From Eledone cirrhosa (Eukaryota): 64,000 bases of DNA. Shown in pieces: positions 60,055 to 64,000 of this stretch (position 1 is the first letter of the stretch; every line of letters starts with the position of its first letter). Below the pieces are notes generated by a model. It searched no databases, had not been told where the DNA came from, and saw nothing but the letters and a program-made list of their open reading frames with translations. Location: assembly GCA_964016885.1 (NCBI GenBank), contig OZ024740.1, positions 73,036,001 through 73,100,000 of the forward strand, written 5' to 3'. Made by a program: the position numbers and the translations under genes.

Positions 60055-60527
60055 AAGAGAGAGAGTGAGAGAGAGATAGAAAGATAGAGAGAGGGAGCTA
60101 ATAAGAGAAAAAAACTAGATGAAGAAAGAGGCTGATGGACAGATATCTATAGATAGATCGATATATATAAATGATAATTGCAAAGACCAGATGTTAACCT
60201 CTTTTATCCAGAATTTGCCGAAATACATATTTCTGTGACGTTCACCATTACGCAATGCAGTCATCATGCAAGCACCAACACGACTTCATCAGACAGCATT
60301 TTAAGTAGTGCATGATTACGCATTCCTATTTCAATATGGGCTATAAATAAGGATATTTTGAATATGATGTTTCTTCTACCGCAGTCCTACCCCTAATGGC
60401 GGCGATGATGATGTAGATAATGATAGTGATGGTGGTGATAAGGGATCGAAAAAGGAGCAAAGAAAAGTTAATTAAGAGAGGATATTTGATAGCGACTAAA
60501 CTACGAATGATTCTCAGGGTGAAGATA

Positions 60528-60995
60528 TGAAAGGGTTATTTCTCCAGTTGTTTAGAGGGAAAAACAATCTGATTCTCTGATAGAAGAATGAAAGGGTTAT
60601 TTGTCCGGTTGTTTAGAGGAAAAGACAATCTGATTCTCTGATAGAAGAATGAAAGGGTTATTTGTCCGGTTGTTTAGAGGAAAAGACAATCTGATTCTCT
60701 GATAGAAGAATGAAAGGGTTATTTGTCCGGTTGTTTAGAGGAAAAGACAATCTGATTCTCTGATAGAAGAATGAAAGGGTTATTTGTCCGGTTGTTTAGA
60801 GGAAAAGACAATCTGATTCTCTGATAGAAGAATGAAAGGGTTATTTGTCCGGTTGTTTAGAGGAAAAGACAATCTGATTCTCTGATAGAAGAATGAAAGG
60901 GTTATTTGTCCGGTTGTTTAGAGGAAAAGACAATCTGATTCTCTGATAGAAGAATGAAAGGGTTATTTGTCCGGTTGTTTAGAGAAAAAGACAAT
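60528..60995. repeat. 61-bp tandem repeat, about 7.7 units
   Basis: Unit gaaagggttatttgtccggttgtttagaggaaaagacaatctgattctctgatagaagaat; internal units identical. Confidence 0.95.
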
Positions 60996-61153
60996 CGAAT
61001 ATAGACGATGTGGTTTTGTATTTGTTTTGGAACTAATATAGTATTCAAGGTTGCTTCCTTATAATTCGAAGACGTGGCTCAGCTTCATTAGCGTGCCTAA
61101 GAACGTAAAAAGAGGGAAGGAAAGGAAAACTAAATATACACACGTACATGCGT

Positions 61154-61230
<77 letters not shown>

Positions 61231-61436
61231 AAGAGAAGAGAGGGAAACATAACGACGAGAGTTCAGTGGTTCTTGCTAGCTATTATTAAAGGGAAAAGGG
61301 AGAAAAGAAAGAAGACAAGCAAGAAGAAAGAAGTTAAATATTTTTCCATCACAGAGAAAAGAAAAGACTGGGGTCGTTACTTTGGTTCGTTATAGTGAGT
61401 TAACTCCCATGTCATTTGTTCTTTTGTTCTTGTTTT

Positions 61437-61472
<36 letters not shown>

Positions 61473-61946
61473 TACATGTATGTATATGTCTACACACACA
61501 CACATATATGTATATGTATGTATTTATGTATATGTATAATGTAGGTACATGTATGTATGTGTATATATATATACACACACACACATATATATATATTTAT
61601 ATATATATATATATATATACATACGTGTGTACTCATACACACACACATATGTGTGTATATATGTATGTATGTAATTTTTTAATGAAGTCTTCTTTTGTTT
61701 GTATTGTTTCTAGGTTTCCTCCCCAGTCTGTAATAATGTCGTAGAGCGACTTCTTGTGTCACTAAAATGTCTGCCTTCCTTTGTTGTTCTTTGTACTTTA
61801 GAAATGGTCCCAAACCATCATCTAGCATGCTTTATTGTTTTTAATACAGCATTGCGTGTATGCACAGTTCTACGTGCACACTAAACTTGCATCTCGTATA
61901 CATTAAGCTATTTTGGCAAGCACAAGACATATTGGTGAACCCTTTC

Positions 61947-62031
<85 letters not shown>

Positions 62032-62035
<4 letters not shown>

Positions 62036-62380
62036 TTGTTAAGTTATTCTTAAAACACCAGCTTAATAATATGAAAGTTATATTACTGCATCCCTCTAAA
62101 TTCTTGATTATTTTCAAAATATTTTGAAACAGAGAGGCAGTGTCTTTCATTTAAAATATGGTAACGAAAGTGTTGATATGTATTTACAAATCTTCCATAA
62201 TAATGTCATAGAAAAATCTTTGTTAAGTGATGCTCTAAACACGAAACACTAGCTTAATAATGAGAAAGTTATATTACTCAATATACTAAATACCTCAAAA
62301 CTTGATTATTTATAGAATTATTTGAAGCAGGTGTACTATGCCTGTCTTTCAGTAGAAATATTGTAACGAAAAGGCTTAAA
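62032..62380. mobile_element. Two tandem fragments of a piggyBac-like MITE; related copy at ~45125-45323
   Basis: Shared cagcttaataat..aaagttat body and aatatggtaacgaaa..ttaa-type end. Confidence 0.45.
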
Positions 62381-62997
62381 TAATTTATAATCTAACTAAT
62401 AGCATCACCCTTCGAGTGTCTTTAGTCTAGAAACAAGTTTAATAGTCCGGAAATTTTAAATTATTTTAACAATAACTCAATTAAAACCTGCAGATATGTA
62501 ATGGATAACGACTCTATGATTTACTTCACACAGCTGTCGTCTAACAAAAGCAGGTCTTTTGTGACACTTCCGGTTGGCGGTCGACAGACATTCAACCAGA
62601 TAAAGTATATTAAGACTTAGAGTCTTTCAATATCAATAAATAACGCGATAAAACTCCATTTGATTGTTATGTATTAACATACATAAACATTGATAAGAAA
62701 GTTCCGTTATATAATATATACACGGACTTACGTTACTCAGATATTAGGTATTACAACCATAAATAACAGATTGCAATCTACAGCAATGATTGTAAATGTC
62801 AAATATAGAATAGCAAAATAAATGTATATTTAAATAACAAATATTATGTTAGAAGATGGCATGTATCAAGCTAGCCAAGGCTTCTTATTAAAAAATGGTA
62901 GTTATATCAACCTTAATTTTAATCTAAAATCTTTAAATATACCCCGTGTTGTAGGATGTACGTCATGTAATGAGATTGACCATTTCAAGTATTTTCT

Positions 62998-64000
<1,003 letters not shown>

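Overview
AT-rich, microsatellite-saturated metazoan non-coding DNA. The repeat landscape resembles octopus/cephalopod genomes (inference, not verified). No complete host gene is evident; nearly all ORF-track entries are translations of (TA)n/(CA)n/(CATA)n/triplet repeats. Recognisable content: about 20 copies of one young tRNA-derived SINE, fragments of Tx1/L1, R4-like (RLE) and RTE LINEs, Tc1/mariner-, hAT- and piggyBac-like MITEs, a 5.1-kb 38-bp minisatellite and smaller tandem arrays. The most striking signal is a dense set of short fold-back (inverted-repeat) elements inside (TA)n tracts, built as extension-arm-spacer-arm. Several carry, or sit near, type I hammerhead-ribozyme motifs with a short, mostly palindromic helix III. 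A 5'-truncated Penelope-like element with an open GIY-YIG endonuclease frame (36.3-37.9 kb) shows the same architecture, suggesting a Penelope-driven, (TA)n-targeted system of non-autonomous hairpin/ribozyme elements; one family copy also carries a tRNA-like cloverleaf (anticodon GGC). A possible first coding exon lies on the minus strand at 46.5-46.6 kb. All calls were read by eye, and coordinates may be off by a few bases.
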